Assembly (NCBI GenBank): GCA_903902515.1
Contig: CAIUVD010000253.1
Location: 1-57,117, forward strand
Length of the DNA stretch: 57,117 nucleotides
Reading direction: 5' to 3'
From: an uncultured Planctomycetota bacterium
Lineage (GTDB): Bacteria > Planctomycetota > UBA11346
Shown here: positions 19,235-29,453 of the stretch, in pieces
Position numbering within the stretch: the first letter of the stretch is position 1
How the letters are laid out: each line of letters begins with the position of its first letter
Program-made: the position numbers and the translations under genes
The notes under the pieces: model-generated
What the model saw: the letters and a program-made list of their open reading frames with translations, nothing else
What the model was told of the DNA's origin: nothing
The model's database searches: none

Positions 19235-20931
19235 TAACCACCTCCCGCCGTGGAGGCGCCCTCGGCGTCCTCCTAACCCTCGTGATGATCGCCGGCCTCG
19301 TGGGCCTGGGCGTATTCCTGGTCCTCAAGAAACCGGAACCCGCCCCGGCGCCTGCCGCCGCCACCCCGACGACGGACGTGACCGCCGTCGCCACCCCGGT
19401 GGTCGCCAAGCCCGAGGGCGCCATGCCCGCGCCGGTGGAACCGGCCCCGGGGGCCAAGCGTCTGGAAGCCGCGGCGCCCCACCAGGCCAAGAACAACGTC
19501 ATCGAACTCGACATCAGCGAATACGCGGGTTACGCCGGGCTGATCGTCGCCAACGGCGGCCTGGAACCGAACCCGGACTCCCTGTTCGCCAAGCAGTACG
19601 GTTTTCAGGTCCGCCTGCTCAACGGTGAAGCCGAAAACTGGGGAGCCGTCAACAACGGCAAGATCGCCGGCTGCGCCACCACCACCGACGTCCTGGCGAT
19701 CATGGGCCGCCAGTTCGAAGTCACCGTCCCGGTGCAGATCGCCTATTCGCGGGGCAGCGACGAAATCGTCGTCGATCGCGGCATTACCTCGGTGAACCAA
19801 TTGGCGGGCAAGGTCATCGCCGCCGAGCAGTTCAACGAAAGTGAGTTCTTTATCCGCATGCTGGCCCAGGAAGCCGGGATCCCGGTGAAGGTCCTGCGGG
19901 ATCTCGACGCCCGGCCCGCCGCCAATGAACTGGGCCTGGTGTTCTACGAGGACGCCTTCACCGCCTGTGACGCCTACCGCTTCGAACTGGCCGGCGCCCG
20001 CCGCCTGGCCGGGGCCGTCAGTTGGACGCCCAAGACCACCGAAGTGGTGGCCGCCAGCAACGGCGCGGCCAAGGTCCTGGTGTCGAACCGCAACCTGCTG
20101 GTGGTGGCCGACATCCTGGTCCTCAACCGGGCCTTCGCCGCCGCCAATCCCCAGATCGTCAAGGGCCTGACCCACGGCGTGCTGGAGGGTAACCGCCTGG
20201 TGCGCGAGAATCCCGAGCCCTACCTCGCCCTGCTGAACAAGGCCTTCAAGTGGAGCCCCGAGGACGCCCGGGAGGAACTCAAAAAAGTCCACTTCGCCAA
20301 TCTACCCGAGAACAATGCGTTTTTTAGCGGGACGATCGACGCCGCCGGATCCTTCGGCGGCATCTACCAGCAGGCGGTGATGGCCTATGGCCCGACCCTG
20401 GTCCCCAATCCCCCGGACGCCGAACGCTTTATTGACGCCTCGGGCCGCAAGACCCTGACGGACGACGGCTACCAGAAAGACGCCGCCATCGCCATCGCCC
20501 CGATCCGTACCTCGGCCCGGGGTGCGCTTGAGGGCGACGCCCTGCTGTCGAAGGACGTGCGCTTTTTCTTCGAACCAAACTCGGCGACCCTTGATGCCAC
20601 CAACACCGCCAATCCCGGTTACCTCGACACCATCCAGCGCTACCTCCAGGTCAGCCCCGGCTCGGTAGTGGTCCTGCGCGGCCACGTCGACGGCAGCCTG
20701 AGGGACCAGTTCCGCAAGGACGGCGGCGACGCCCTGGTCCGCAGCATGGGCCTCAAGGCCTTAGAGCTCTCGAAGCAACGGGCCCAGGCCGTCCGCGCTG
20801 CCCTGCTGGTCCGGCATCCCCGGATCGACCAAAGCCGTGTCGAGGCCGTGGGCCGGGGCTGGGAGGAACCCGCCGGCGGGTCCGCCGAACTCAACCGCCG
20901 GGTCGAGGTGAAGTGGTACACCGTCGAGTGA
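19231..20931 (+). CDS. Membrane-anchored periplasmic binding protein (NMT1/THI5/SsuA-like) fused to an OmpA-like peptidoglycan-binding domain
   Basis: N-terminal TM and Pro/Ala linker; SEYAGYAG, YSRGSDEIV and LAGKVIA; C-terminal FFEPNS, LRGHVD, LSKQRAQAV, GRGWEEP and NRRVEV. ATGA overlap with the upstream gene. Confidence 0.87.
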   Translation: MITTSRRGGALGVLLTLVMIAGLVGLGVFLVLKKPEPAPAPAAATPTTDVTAVATPVVAKPEGAMPAPVEPAPGAKRLEAAAPHQAKNNVIELDISEYAGYAGLIVANGGLEPNPDSLFAKQYGFQVRLLNGEAENWGAVNNGKIAGCATTTDVLAIMGRQFEVTVPVQIAYSRGSDEIVVDRGITSVNQLAGKVIAAEQFNESEFFIRMLAQEAGIPVKVLRDLDARPAANELGLVFYEDAFTACDAYRFELAGARRLAGAVSWTPKTTEVVAASNGAAKVLVSNRNLLVVADILVLNRAFAAANPQIVKGLTHGVLEGNRLVRENPEPYLALLNKAFKWSPEDAREELKKVHFANLPENNAFFSGTIDAAGSFGGIYQQAVMAYGPTLVPNPPDAERFIDASGRKTLTDDGYQKDAAIAIAPIRTSARGALEGDALLSKDVRFFFEPNSATLDATNTANPGYLDTIQRYLQVSPGSVVVLRGHVDGSLRDQFRKDGGDALVRSMGLKALELSKQRAQAVRAALLVRHPRIDQSRVEAVGRGWEEPAGGSAELNRRVEVKWYTVE

Positions 20932-21013
20932 CCGTACCCCGCACCGCCCCAGCCCGCGGGTGCCTTCCGGGGTGACAGGGGCGGTGCTTGCCCAGCATGG
21001 CTTCGGATTTCCC

Positions 21014-21655
21014 ATGACCGGACCCCGCCTCGCCGTACCCCTCCTCCTGGCCGCCGCCCTCGGTGCCGCCGACCCGGATGACCTCACCCCCAACGACCTG
21101 CGCCTCCAGGTGGGACTGCCGCCATCCAACGCGGAGATCACCTCCCGCCGGATTGGCAGCCAGGCCGAGCAGACGAGCACCATCACCTGGGAGGAAAGCG
21201 GGCGCTGGAGTCTGCAGTGGGTACCGCCGGTGGCCCGATTGACGCCCCAGAGCGACGGGATGTGCATCCTCGAGATCACCTCGACGCGCCTGGTGAGCGG
21301 CAGGACCGCCACCACGGATCCGTTAATTGCCCGGGCCGTCACCGGAGGCCTGCACCTCGGACTCGGCTGGGTGGTCCTGCAGAATACCACCCTTGAACTC
21401 ACGGCCTTTGGCAATGGGGGCATGGCTTGGCAGGAGGGCAGCGACCACTACGGCAGCGCTTGGGAAGTCGGAGCCCGCCTCGGCCTGACCTGGGCCCCCC
21501 TGGGTCTTGCGGGTGGGCGACCGTTGATCGGTGCCGCCTTGCTGGGCATGTACGGCCAACTCCAGCATCACGCCACCCTGACAAATCAGGAATATGATTT
21601 AACCGTCACCTCCAAGGGGTACTCACCGGCGGTCGTTCTCGGTTGGCGTTTTTGA
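21014..21655 (+). CDS. Probable outer-membrane beta-barrel protein
   Basis: Signal peptide, alternating amphipathic strands and a terminal VVLGWRF beta-signal. Confidence 0.7.
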   Translation: MTGPRLAVPLLLAAALGAADPDDLTPNDLRLQVGLPPSNAEITSRRIGSQAEQTSTITWEESGRWSLQWVPPVARLTPQSDGMCILEITSTRLVSGRTATTDPLIARAVTGGLHLGLGWVVLQNTTLELTAFGNGGMAWQEGSDHYGSAWEVGARLGLTWAPLGLAGGRPLIGAALLGMYGQLQHHATLTNQEYDLTVTSKGYSPAVVLGWRF

Positions 21656-21753
21656 TAGTTCGGTATCTCTTGTTTTAACATGTGAATCAATCGCCCCCAA
21701 GGGCGGATGAGGTTCCCATGTTCTCTTAAAGGCCCACCCGCAACGATGCGGGG

Positions 21754-24700
21754 ATGACTTCTCCCCATTGCGCCCCCTGGTCGAACCTCCTTCTGCGGCT
21801 GGTGGCCGGGCTGTTGCCCTGGCTCGTGCTATCCTCGCAGTCGCACGCGGCGACCGGTCAGCCGGATTATGCTCAAGCCATTACCGTTAATGACGATGGG
21901 ACGCTTACCTACGTTCCCAATCCGCGCGGGGACATGGTTCCGGATTTCTCGGCGGTAGGGTGGCGAAATGGGGATCAACCACTGCCCGGCCAACCCGGCG
22001 GCATCACCGTGCCGGTGGTCGTGACCCTGGACCCCGGCACGGGCGACCAGTCGAGCCGTATCCAGGCGGCCATCTGGCGGGTTGCCCAACTACCCCTGGA
22101 TGCGAACGGTTTCCGGGGGGCCATCCTCCTGAAAGCCGGGACCTGGGAGATCAATCGCACCCTTCTCATCGACCAATCGGGTATTGTTCTGCGGGGCGAA
22201 GGCCGGGACCCATCGGGGGTCCATACGCACCTCATCGCCACGATGATCACCAATGACGGCTATACCGGCGTCAGCCAGGGTGGATCCATGATCCGGGTCC
22301 GCGGCAACTTTGACGATACCCCGCGTTTCACCTCCGATGCCACCAGCATGGTGAATACCTCTCCCCAGACCTGGGACATTGTCGGCCGGGTGCCGGTGGG
22401 CGCGAAGTCCATCACGGTGTCATCTATTCCGACCCTCCAGGTCGGGGAGTTGGTCCGGATCCACCGGCCGGTGACCCAAAACTGGGTAGATGACGAGGGA
22501 CTGGCCTTCAACACCAGCGCCTACATCAGCGCCGGCCAAAACCAGGTGGCCCATCGTCGGGTCGTCAGCGTTGACGGGACCACGATCCACCTCAATGCAC
22601 CCATCACGTTGGCCATCGATCCGACGTATGGGGGCGGCAAGGTCCTCAAGGTGACCGCGGAGGGGTACATCCGTAACGTGGGCATCGAAAATCTCTACGC
22701 GACATCGGCTTACGCCAACCCCATGGACCAGAACCATGCCTGGAATGTGGTGGCCATGGAGCGTACCGAAGACAGTTACGTCCAGGACGTCACCGCCCGC
22801 TATTTTGGCTATGCGCTCTGCTACATCACCACGACGGCCCGCCAGATCAGCGTCGAACGGTGCCAGATGATCGATCCAGTATCCTGGGTTACCAATGGCA
22901 TGCATGAGAGTGGCCGCCGGATCCAGGATGCGGGGGGTAACCGCTATGCGTACTTGAATAATGGTGAACTGACCCTGGTCCGCGACAGCTACTCCCGCCA
23001 CTCGCGCCATGAGTTCCCGACCAGCTGGTTCCTGTCGGCCGGCCCAGCGGCGTTTGTGGACTGTCTGGGGGAAAACGGCCACAACGAATCCGGGGCCCAT
23101 ATTTATTGGACCACGGGCACGCTGTGGGACAACGTCCGGATGGAAAGCCTGCAGAACAAGCGGGAACGTCCGACGGGCAATAATGTCATCTGGAACTGCG
23201 TCCTCTACGGCGGGCCGAACATCGTTGAAAACGCCGTGACCGCGGTGAATTGGGCCTTCGGTTCGACCACCGCCAGCGGCGGGGCGGTCACCTTTTCGGC
23301 CTCCAATCCCCCCGGTGGCGTGCCAAGGAATCAGGGCGGTGAGATCTTCTCGAACGGCACCCGGATGAGCGTCCGCAGCCTGCACGATGCTCAGGTGGCA
23401 GCGCGACGGCTGGCCCAGGGCCTGACCTACACCCCCCGCACCACCCACCAGCGACCGGCCTTGGTTCCGATCCTTCCCACCATCACACCCTACGATGCGA
23501 CCGGCAAGGTCGGCACGGCGTTTTCCTATGCCGTTAAGGCCGATCCCATGCCGATCCGACTCAGCGGGGGCACCTACTACACCGCCACGGGACTTCCGCC
23601 CGGCCTCAGTATCACCACCGGGAATAATAAGACCTACGGCTACATCACCGGCACCCCAACCACCTCAGGCGACTACACCGTGACCCTGGTGGCCATCAAT
23701 CAGGACGGAAGTTCGACGCCAACGCCGGTCACGTTCACGATCCTATCGAGCACCGATAGCACCACCTTCCCCTTGAGTCTGAGCCTGCGGGCGGACTACC
23801 CGGATGGGTTCCGTTACGACACCATGGTCGTGACCCCCATGACGGCCAACTACGACCGCAACGGAGATCTCGATTTCACCAATAATGTCGATCCAGCCCT
23901 CGATGAGACGGGGGTGGTCGTGCCGGTGACGGTGGTGGCCTCCCACCAGTTCCCCGCCCTGCGCATCCCGATCACGGTGACCTACAATGGCTCCGCCACC
24001 CTGCCCACGGACCCCGGTTCCTACACCGTGACCGCCACGTCGACCAACCCCCTCTATCCGGGCACGGTGACGGACACGTTGATCATCAAAACTCCAGGAT
24101 CGATCTCCCTGGGTAATCTCACCAGGACGTACAACGGCTCCGCCCAAGCCCCCAGCGTCACCACCACGCCCGCAGGGTTGACGGTCGATCTCGTCTATGA
24201 AACGCCCGACGGCCCGACCACCACCGCCCCGACGCTTCCGGGCGCCTACACCGTCCGGGGCAGCATCCGGGACCCGGCCTACGCGGGAAGGACCACCTCC
24301 AATTCCACGGATTTGCGGCTGTTCGTCATCAACAAAGGCAGTGCCACCATCACTCTGGGGTCCCTGAGCCAGACATGGAATGGCTCCGCCCGTACACCGA
24401 TCGCTACCACCGTTCCTGCAGGCCTGACGGTCACCTATGCCTTCACCAAAGACGGGGTGCCGGCGGCGGCCATTGAACCCGGCACTTATGCCGTGACGGC
24501 CACCATCGATTCCCCCCTCTACGCCGGCACCCGCACTGGCACCCTGACCATCGCCAAGGCCCCTGCCACCATCACCCTCGGTAACCTGACCCAGGCCTAT
24601 GCCGGCAGTGATCTCGTTCCGACGGTGACCACTGTTCCCCCAGGCTTGGCGGTCGTGATGTCGTATAACGGTGGGGCTCTGACGACAGTTCAGCTTCCCG

Positions 24701-27540
24701 GAACCTACTCCGCCACCGCCACGATTAATGACCCCCACTACCAGGGCGCCAACTCCTCCCCGTTCACCATCACCAAGATGACCGGCCAAGTGCTGCTGGA
24801 AACGGCCGACCTGGCCCAGACCTATGATGGAACACCCCGAGTGGTCAGGACGACCACCATCCCGCCAGGATTGGCGGTGGTCCTTCGCTATAATAGTGCT
24901 GAAAACGTCACCAATGCAGGCACCTACGCGGTAAGCGCGACCCTCAACGACCCCCTGTACCAAGGCACGTCGACCCCGGCGAACCTCGTGGTGGCCAAGT
25001 TACCCACCACCATCACCCTCGACGATCTGGCTCAGGATTTCACGGGCGGTCTGCGACCCGTGACCACCTCGACCATCCCCTCGGGTCAAACGGTGGTCGT
25101 CACCTATGATGGACGTTCGACGGTGCCCTCGGCCGTCGGCGTTTATGCCGTCAGCGCCACCGTCAACACCACCAATCACTTGGGGACTGCCACCGGGAGC
25201 CTGATGGTGCGGCCGGTGATCACCACCATCAGCAATCTGTTCGGCAGCGTCGGCCAAGCCTTCACGGCCACCATCACCGCCACCGGCAGTCCAACAGCCT
25301 TCGGCGCGAGTTCCCTGCCCAGCTGGCTGACCGTGAACCCGAGCACGGGAGCCCTGACCGGCACCCCGACCACCGCCGCGTCGGTGACCATCACCCTCAC
25401 GGCCAGCCGCACCACCACCGGGGGCACCGCCACCGGCTCCAAGGAGGTGACCATCAGCGTCCTGCCGAGTGGCCAGCAGATGACCTGGCCGACGCCTGGG
25501 GCGGTGCCCTACGGGACGCTCCTCGGGTCTTCCCAGTTGAACGCCACCAGCACCGTGGCCGGTAGTTTCTCGTATGACCCGCCGGCGGGAACCCTGTTGC
25601 CGATCGGCAGTCAGACCCTGCGAACCACATTCACCCCCACGGACACCAGCACCTACAGCACGGTGCAGCAGACGGTGACCCTGACCGTGACCAAGGCGCC
25701 AGTGACCGTGACGGTGGCCAATGCCAGCCGGGTATATGGAGCCGCCAATCCGACCTTCACCACCAGTGTCAGCGGCCTCGTCGGGACGGATGCCCTGGCC
25801 AGTGTCACCCCCACGACCACGGCCATCGCGACCTCGGCAGCGGGCACCTACCCCATCACCGCTACCGCCCCGAGCCTGACCAGCGGTTCCGCCAGCAACT
25901 ACACGGTGACGGTCGTTCCAGGAATTCTGACCGTCAGTCCGGCACCGTTGACGATCCGGGCCGGGGATGCCACCCGGACCTACGGCAGCGCCAATCCCGT
26001 ATTCACCAGCACGGTCAATGGCTTGGTGGGCGCGGACACCATCAGCTCCGTTTCCATGACCACCTCAGCCGGGGCCAGCACGCCGATCGGCCCCGCCTCG
26101 ATTATCCCGGGGACCCCGACGTTCGCGGTTGGCCGGGCCAGCAACTACGCCATCACGGCTGAAAATGGCACGCTGACCATTACCGCCGCACCCCTCACCG
26201 TGTACCTGGACCGTACCGTCTACCGGGTGCAGGGCGGATTGGATGCCACCATCAATCCCAAGGCCACCGGACTGCAGGGGTCTGACCGGCTGGCAGGAGC
26301 TGACATCGCCTATCCGGCCCAGGATGTGGCCGTGGGGTCCTATCCCTTGCCCCTCAGCAATGCCCGTCTCGCCGTCGGCTCCCTGGGCAATTACACCATC
26401 TCCTATTCGGCCGGCACCCTGGTGGTGGTGGATCCCCTGAGCGTCACCATCCCGGTGATCACCTGGGCTACCCCCTCAGCCGTCACCTACGGCTCCGTGC
26501 TGGGGACCTCCCAACTGAATGCCGTGGCGGATGCCGCGGGGACCATCACCTACGACCCCCCCCTGGGAGCCTTGCTGGGAGCGGGCACCCAAACCCTGGT
26601 CGCCACCTTCACCCCCGACAATCCCGCCCTGGTCGCTCCGGCGACCACTAGCGTGAGGCTGGAGGTGCTGCCCACCCCCCTGCAGATCACCGCCCTCGCC
26701 GCCAGCCGGGTGTACGGTGCCACGGATCCCGTCTTCACGGCTCGCCTCACGGGTCTTCAGGGAACAGATGCCGCCACCACGGCGGTCACGACCAGCACGG
26801 ATGCCAGCACTCCAGTGGGGCTCCAGGTCGGCAGCCTCACGCCGACGATCGTGCAGTTCACGGTCGGCAGCCTGAGCAACTACGCCCTGACCACGGTCCT
26901 GGGGGATCTCCAGATCACCCCGGCGAATCTGACGATCACCGCCCGGGATGCGACCCGCGTCGTCGGGACTGACAATCCGGAATTCCCCTGCCTGGTCACG
27001 GGACTAGTCAGCGGGGATACCCTCGAACCGATCCTGGCCACCACCACGGCGACGGTGGACTCGGTGGCGGGGGCCTATGCCCTCACCCCGTCGGAACCTC
27101 GTTTCCTCACGGGAAGCGCGGGAAACTACCGGATCACTCTGACCAACGGCCGCCTGGCCATCACGGAGGCGATGCCCGTAATCACCTCGGCCCTGGTCAC
27201 GGGCATCGTCGGCCAAGCCGTGCGACACCAGGTGGCCGTCTCGTCCACCACCCGGTGGTTCAGTGCCAGCGGATTGCCCGACGGACTGACCATCAGCTCC
27301 ACCGGGTTGATTGCGGGGATCCCCTCCACTGCAGGACTTTTCCTGGTGACGGTGGATGCCCAAAACCAAGCCGGCCGGGGCAGCGGCACGATTTCGATCC
27401 TGATCACCGAGGAGGCCTTCCCCGTTGGAACCAGCGAGGATTCCTCCAGCACCCCTGCCTCCTGCGGGTCCGGCACCGCTCTGGTGGGCTTGATCGGGCT
27501 GCTGGGCCTGGCCCTGACGGGCCGGCGGCGGCGCGGCTGA
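21754..27540 (+). CDS. Secreted beta-helix (pectin-lyase-fold-like) protein with putative-Ig and MBG-like repeats and CGxG C-terminal sorting signal
   Basis: Signal peptide; GDMVPDFSAVGW, IQAAI, GAILLKAG, GIVLRGEG, NVGIENL, GNRYAY and GTLWDNV; Ig repeats (ATGLPPGLSI...ITGTPT) and MBG-like repeats (YNGS...P...G.Y.V.AT; ASRVYGAANP.FT); tail ASCGSG-TM-RRRR. Confidence 0.82.
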   Translation: MTSPHCAPWSNLLLRLVAGLLPWLVLSSQSHAATGQPDYAQAITVNDDGTLTYVPNPRGDMVPDFSAVGWRNGDQPLPGQPGGITVPVVVTLDPGTGDQSSRIQAAIWRVAQLPLDANGFRGAILLKAGTWEINRTLLIDQSGIVLRGEGRDPSGVHTHLIATMITNDGYTGVSQGGSMIRVRGNFDDTPRFTSDATSMVNTSPQTWDIVGRVPVGAKSITVSSIPTLQVGELVRIHRPVTQNWVDDEGLAFNTSAYISAGQNQVAHRRVVSVDGTTIHLNAPITLAIDPTYGGGKVLKVTAEGYIRNVGIENLYATSAYANPMDQNHAWNVVAMERTEDSYVQDVTARYFGYALCYITTTARQISVERCQMIDPVSWVTNGMHESGRRIQDAGGNRYAYLNNGELTLVRDSYSRHSRHEFPTSWFLSAGPAAFVDCLGENGHNESGAHIYWTTGTLWDNVRMESLQNKRERPTGNNVIWNCVLYGGPNIVENAVTAVNWAFGSTTASGGAVTFSASNPPGGVPRNQGGEIFSNGTRMSVRSLHDAQVAARRLAQGLTYTPRTTHQRPALVPILPTITPYDATGKVGTAFSYAVKADPMPIRLSGGTYYTATGLPPGLSITTGNNKTYGYITGTPTTSGDYTVTLVAINQDGSSTPTPVTFTILSSTDSTTFPLSLSLRADYPDGFRYDTMVVTPMTANYDRNGDLDFTNNVDPALDETGVVVPVTVVASHQFPALRIPITVTYNGSATLPTDPGSYTVTATSTNPLYPGTVTDTLIIKTPGSISLGNLTRTYNGSAQAPSVTTTPAGLTVDLVYETPDGPTTTAPTLPGAYTVRGSIRDPAYAGRTTSNSTDLRLFVINKGSATITLGSLSQTWNGSARTPIATTVPAGLTVTYAFTKDGVPAAAIEPGTYAVTATIDSPLYAGTRTGTLTIAKAPATITLGNLTQAYAGSDLVPTVTTVPPGLAVVMSYNGGALTTVQLPGTYSATATINDPHYQGANSSPFTITKMTGQVLLETADLAQTYDGTPRVVRTTTIPPGLAVVLRYNSAENVTNAGTYAVSATLNDPLYQGTSTPANLVVAKLPTTITLDDLAQDFTGGLRPVTTSTIPSGQTVVVTYDGRSTVPSAVGVYAVSATVNTTNHLGTATGSLMVRPVITTISNLFGSVGQAFTATITATGSPTAFGASSLPSWLTVNPSTGALTGTPTTAASVTITLTASRTTTGGTATGSKEVTISVLPSGQQMTWPTPGAVPYGTLLGSSQLNATSTVAGSFSYDPPAGTLLPIGSQTLRTTFTPTDTSTYSTVQQTVTLTVTKAPVTVTVANASRVYGAANPTFTTSVSGLVGTDALASVTPTTTAIATSAAGTYPITATAPSLTSGSASNYTVTVVPGILTVSPAPLTIRAGDATRTYGSANPVFTSTVNGLVGADTISSVSMTTSAGASTPIGPASIIPGTPTFAVGRASNYAITAENGTLTITAAPLTVYLDRTVYRVQGGLDATINPKATGLQGSDRLAGADIAYPAQDVAVGSYPLPLSNARLAVGSLGNYTISYSAGTLVVVDPLSVTIPVITWATPSAVTYGSVLGTSQLNAVADAAGTITYDPPLGALLGAGTQTLVATFTPDNPALVAPATTSVRLEVLPTPLQITALAASRVYGATDPVFTARLTGLQGTDAATTAVTTSTDASTPVGLQVGSLTPTIVQFTVGSLSNYALTTVLGDLQITPANLTITARDATRVVGTDNPEFPCLVTGLVSGDTLEPILATTTATVDSVAGAYALTPSEPRFLTGSAGNYRITLTNGRLAITEAMPVITSALVTGIVGQAVRHQVAVSSTTRWFSASGLPDGLTISSTGLIAGIPSTAGLFLVTVDAQNQAGRGSGTISILITEEAFPVGTSEDSSSTPASCGSGTALVGLIGLLGLALTGRRRRG

Positions 27541-28878
27541 TCAGTCCCGCACAACCTCGGCGACGCTCTCGGCCAGGATCGCCAGCAGGCGGTCCTGGTC
27601 TCCAGGTTCCGTGATCAGGGGCGGCAGCAGATAGACCGTATCGCCCAGGGAGCGCAGCAGGGCGCCTCGGCGCAGGGCCGCCTGGAAGCACCGCCAGCCG
27701 GTGCGTCGTTCCCGGGGGAAGGGCGTGCCATCGGCCCGGACTAGATCGGCGGCGGCCATCATGCCAACGCCGCGCACGGCGTTCAGGTGGGGGCTGTCCA
27801 GGGACGCCAAGCCCTGGCGCAGGCGCGGACCGTGGCGGGCGACCCGGCCGAGGATGTCCTCGTCTTCGTAGACCGACAGCACCTCGTTGGCGACCGCACA
27901 GGCGAGGGCGTGGCCCGTGTACGTATTGCTGTGGAGGAAGGCCCGACCCGCGATCCAGGGTGCCTCGAAGGCCTGGGCGATGGCCTCGGGAATCAGCACC
28001 GCGCACAGGGGCAGGACGCCACCCGTCAGGCCCTTCGAGAGCACCGCGAGGTCCGGGAGCGCCTCGTCACCGCCGAGGCTGCTCGCCAGCCACGCCCCGC
28101 AGCGACCGCTGCCGGCGGCGATTTCGTCGGCGATCAGCAGCACCCCGTGGGCCCGGCACCAGGCCGCCATCCGACGCAGCAGGTCCGGGCTGACCAAACG
28201 CATGCCGCCGGCACCTTGCAACACGGGTTCGACCACCACCCCGGCGAGGGTCGGAGCGATGGCCGCCAACTGGCGTTCGATGGCCGGCCACTCGGCCGAA
28301 GCATCGAGCCACCGGGGGTCCTCGGGGCCGCTGCGCCGGGGCAGGCCGGTCAGGACCGTGGCGTCAAAGCACAGGTCCTGAAAGGGCGCGCGGAACACGC
28401 CGCAGTCGCTGACCGACATGGTGGCGATGGTTTCACCGTGGTAGCCGTCCTCCAGGCCCGCAAAGCGGGTGCGCCCGGTCTGACCGCGCTGACGCTGCCA
28501 CTGGACCGCCATCTTGAGGGCGATTTCGATGCCAGTGGAACCATCCCCGGCCAGGAACACCCGGCCCCAGCGCCCGGGATGCAGGGCCAGCAACCGCTCG
28601 CACAGGCGGACGGTGGGCTCCTGCACGGTATTGGCGGCGATCACATGCTCGAAGCGGCCCGCCTGGTCCGTAAGGGCGCGGATCAGGCGCGGGTGGCGGT
28701 GACCCAGGCTTTTGCACCACCAGGAACTGATGCCGTCGATCAGGCTCCGGCCATCGGCCAAGTGGAGGTGGATCCCCTCGGCCCCGACCACCTCGATGGG
28801 GGGAACGAGGTCGTGGTCGGTCATCTGGGTGCAGGGGTGCCAAAACACTCGTCGGTCGCGGGCCAGGAGGTCGCTCAT
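27541..28878 (-). CDS. bioA: Adenosylmethionine-8-amino-7-oxononanoate aminotransferase
   Basis: WHPCTQM, DGISSWW, ALKMA, YHGET, EPVLQGAGGM, IADEI, SKGLTGGVLP and HSNTYTG. Confidence 0.93.
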   Translation of the reverse strand: MSDLLARDRRVFWHPCTQMTDHDLVPPIEVVGAEGIHLHLADGRSLIDGISSWWCKSLGHRHPRLIRALTDQAGRFEHVIAANTVQEPTVRLCERLLALHPGRWGRVFLAGDGSTGIEIALKMAVQWQRQRGQTGRTRFAGLEDGYHGETIATMSVSDCGVFRAPFQDLCFDATVLTGLPRRSGPEDPRWLDASAEWPAIERQLAAIAPTLAGVVVEPVLQGAGGMRLVSPDLLRRMAAWCRAHGVLLIADEIAAGSGRCGAWLASSLGGDEALPDLAVLSKGLTGGVLPLCAVLIPEAIAQAFEAPWIAGRAFLHSNTYTGHALACAVANEVLSVYEDEDILGRVARHGPRLRQGLASLDSPHLNAVRGVGMMAAADLVRADGTPFPRERRTGWRCFQAALRRGALLRSLGDTVYLLPPLITEPGDQDRLLAILAESVAEVVRD

Positions 28879-29453
28879 GGGGCGGCAGCGTCGGGCGTCC
28901 GGCGGCACGCCAAGGCCCAGGCCTCGGGGGTATCGCAGTCCTCCAGGCGGTCGGCCAGGTCTGGCGGGGCGGCATAGGCGTTGACCGCGGCGGCCTCCAG
29001 GACCGCCAGGGGCGAGCGTCGACCACCCGTCAACGCCGCCTGGACCGCCGGGGCCAACCCCGGGTGCCAACGGGCGAACAGGGGCTCGATCCGGCCCTGC
29101 CGCAGCACCACGGTTCCATCCAGTCCCGGGGGCACATCCGCCAGCCAGTGGAGGTCCGCCGCCGTCAGCCACGGCAGATCGACGGCCAGAATCAGCACCG
29201 GATCCGGGGCCGCCCACGCGAGGGCGGCGGCGATGCCCGCCAAGGGTCCGCCCTCGGCCACCGCATCGGGGAGAAACACCGCCTTAAGTCCTGGCACCGG
29301 AGCCCGCCCGGCCACCGCCACCGGGCCGAGGGTCCGGCCAGCCGTCACCAAACGGGCCAGCAGGGTCGCGCCATCCCGCTCCAACAGGGCCTTGTCCCGG
29401 CCCATGCGGGTCGAGTGGCCCCCGGCCAAAATAGCCACGCGGATCACCGCCAT
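28875..29453 (-). CDS. mobA: Molybdenum cofactor guanylyltransferase-like NTP transferase
   Basis: ILAGGHSTRMGRDKA, GPLAGI, AVDLP, EPLFA and DCDTPE. The start may be GTG 29447. Confidence 0.85.
   Translation of the reverse strand: MAVIRVAILAGGHSTRMGRDKALLERDGATLLARLVTAGRTLGPVAVAGRAPVPGLKAVFLPDAVAEGGPLAGIAAALAWAAPDPVLILAVDLPWLTAADLHWLADVPPGLDGTVVLRQGRIEPLFARWHPGLAPAVQAALTGGRRSPLAVLEAAAVNAYAAPPDLADRLEDCDTPEAWALACRRTPDAAAP

Noticed and set aside
15146-20931. thiD plus NMT1/THI5-like protein as a thiamine-precursor salvage operon
   Set aside because: The binding protein is fused to OmpA, is coupled to the pspA/AAA genes and has no ABC permease. I saw no TPP riboswitch upstream of thiD. Adjacency alone is insufficient.
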